A program made the position numbers and the translations under genes. The notes under the pieces are model-generated. The model was given only the letters and a program-made list of their open reading frames with translations. It ran no database searches and had not been told where the DNA came from. Positions 63,777 through 64,000 of a stretch of 64,000 nucleotides of DNA are shown piece by piece. The stretch's first letter is position 1. The number at the start of each line of letters is the position of its first letter. The stretch lies in assembly GCA_002269645.1 (NCBI GenBank), contig NIVC01001391.1, positions 234,016-298,015 of the forward strand. The letters run 5' to 3'. This stretch comes from Macrostomum lignano (Eukaryota).

Positions 63777-64000
63777 GACCCAGTGCAGAGCTGGGTGTCC
63801 CAGTCAGCTACCAGGCAGTTTGAGCTGGCTGCTCACTCTCCAGGTGGACTGCATGCTGCAGGCTGCTGGTGAGCCATCGCTAGCTGCTGACTGCCAGCCT
63901 CAAGATGGAGCAGCTGCTGGCTTCACTGGAGGCATTCGTGTCTGGCCCAGAGTCTGTCCAAGGGATTTTTCAAGAGGAGGAAGCAGCAGAGTTTTTGGCA
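63777..64000 (+). other. Possible exon start running off the window
   Basis: Acceptor TCTTATCTTCAG at 63776, jump in GC content, and two frames open to the edge (one reads MEQLLASLEAFVSGPESVQGIFKRRKQQSFW); no recognisable family. Confidence 0.25.

Overview
Eukaryotic (animal) genomic DNA: spliced genes with GT-AG introns, GC3-rich exons, C-rich acceptors, and dense minisatellites. The style suggests a free-living flatworm such as Macrostomum (inference, not tested). Eight protein-coding genes can be modelled: (1) a ~2406-aa adhesion GPCR with a Thr-rich mucin stalk, six LamG/pentraxin-like repeats, GAIN/GPS and 7TM (+, 1731-10989); (2) a GT32 DXD glycosyltransferase (+); (3) thioredoxin (-); (4) a CRAL-TRIO lipid-binding protein (-); (5) an eIF4E-transporter (4E-T/EIF4ENIF1) homolog with long polyQ tracts (-); (6) a THAP9-type transposase (-); (7) a divergent bombesin/CCHamide-like class A GPCR (+); (8) LSm8 (-). 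There is also tRNA-Pro(AGG) and one orphan ORF. The clearest mobile element is a complete, apparently intact P element (39958-43446) with perfect 32-bp TIRs, an 8-bp TSD and an uninterrupted 943-aa transposase. Other notable structure: an intron that is ~96% (GTCT)n and uses the first repeat unit as its donor; a different minisatellite in most long introns; three tRNA-like Pol III heads each leading into a tandem array; small MITEs; and CpG-depleted AT-rich blocks. No rRNA or CRISPR. All gene models are read by eye from splice sites and reading-frame phase; no database search was run, and family names come from remembered motifs.
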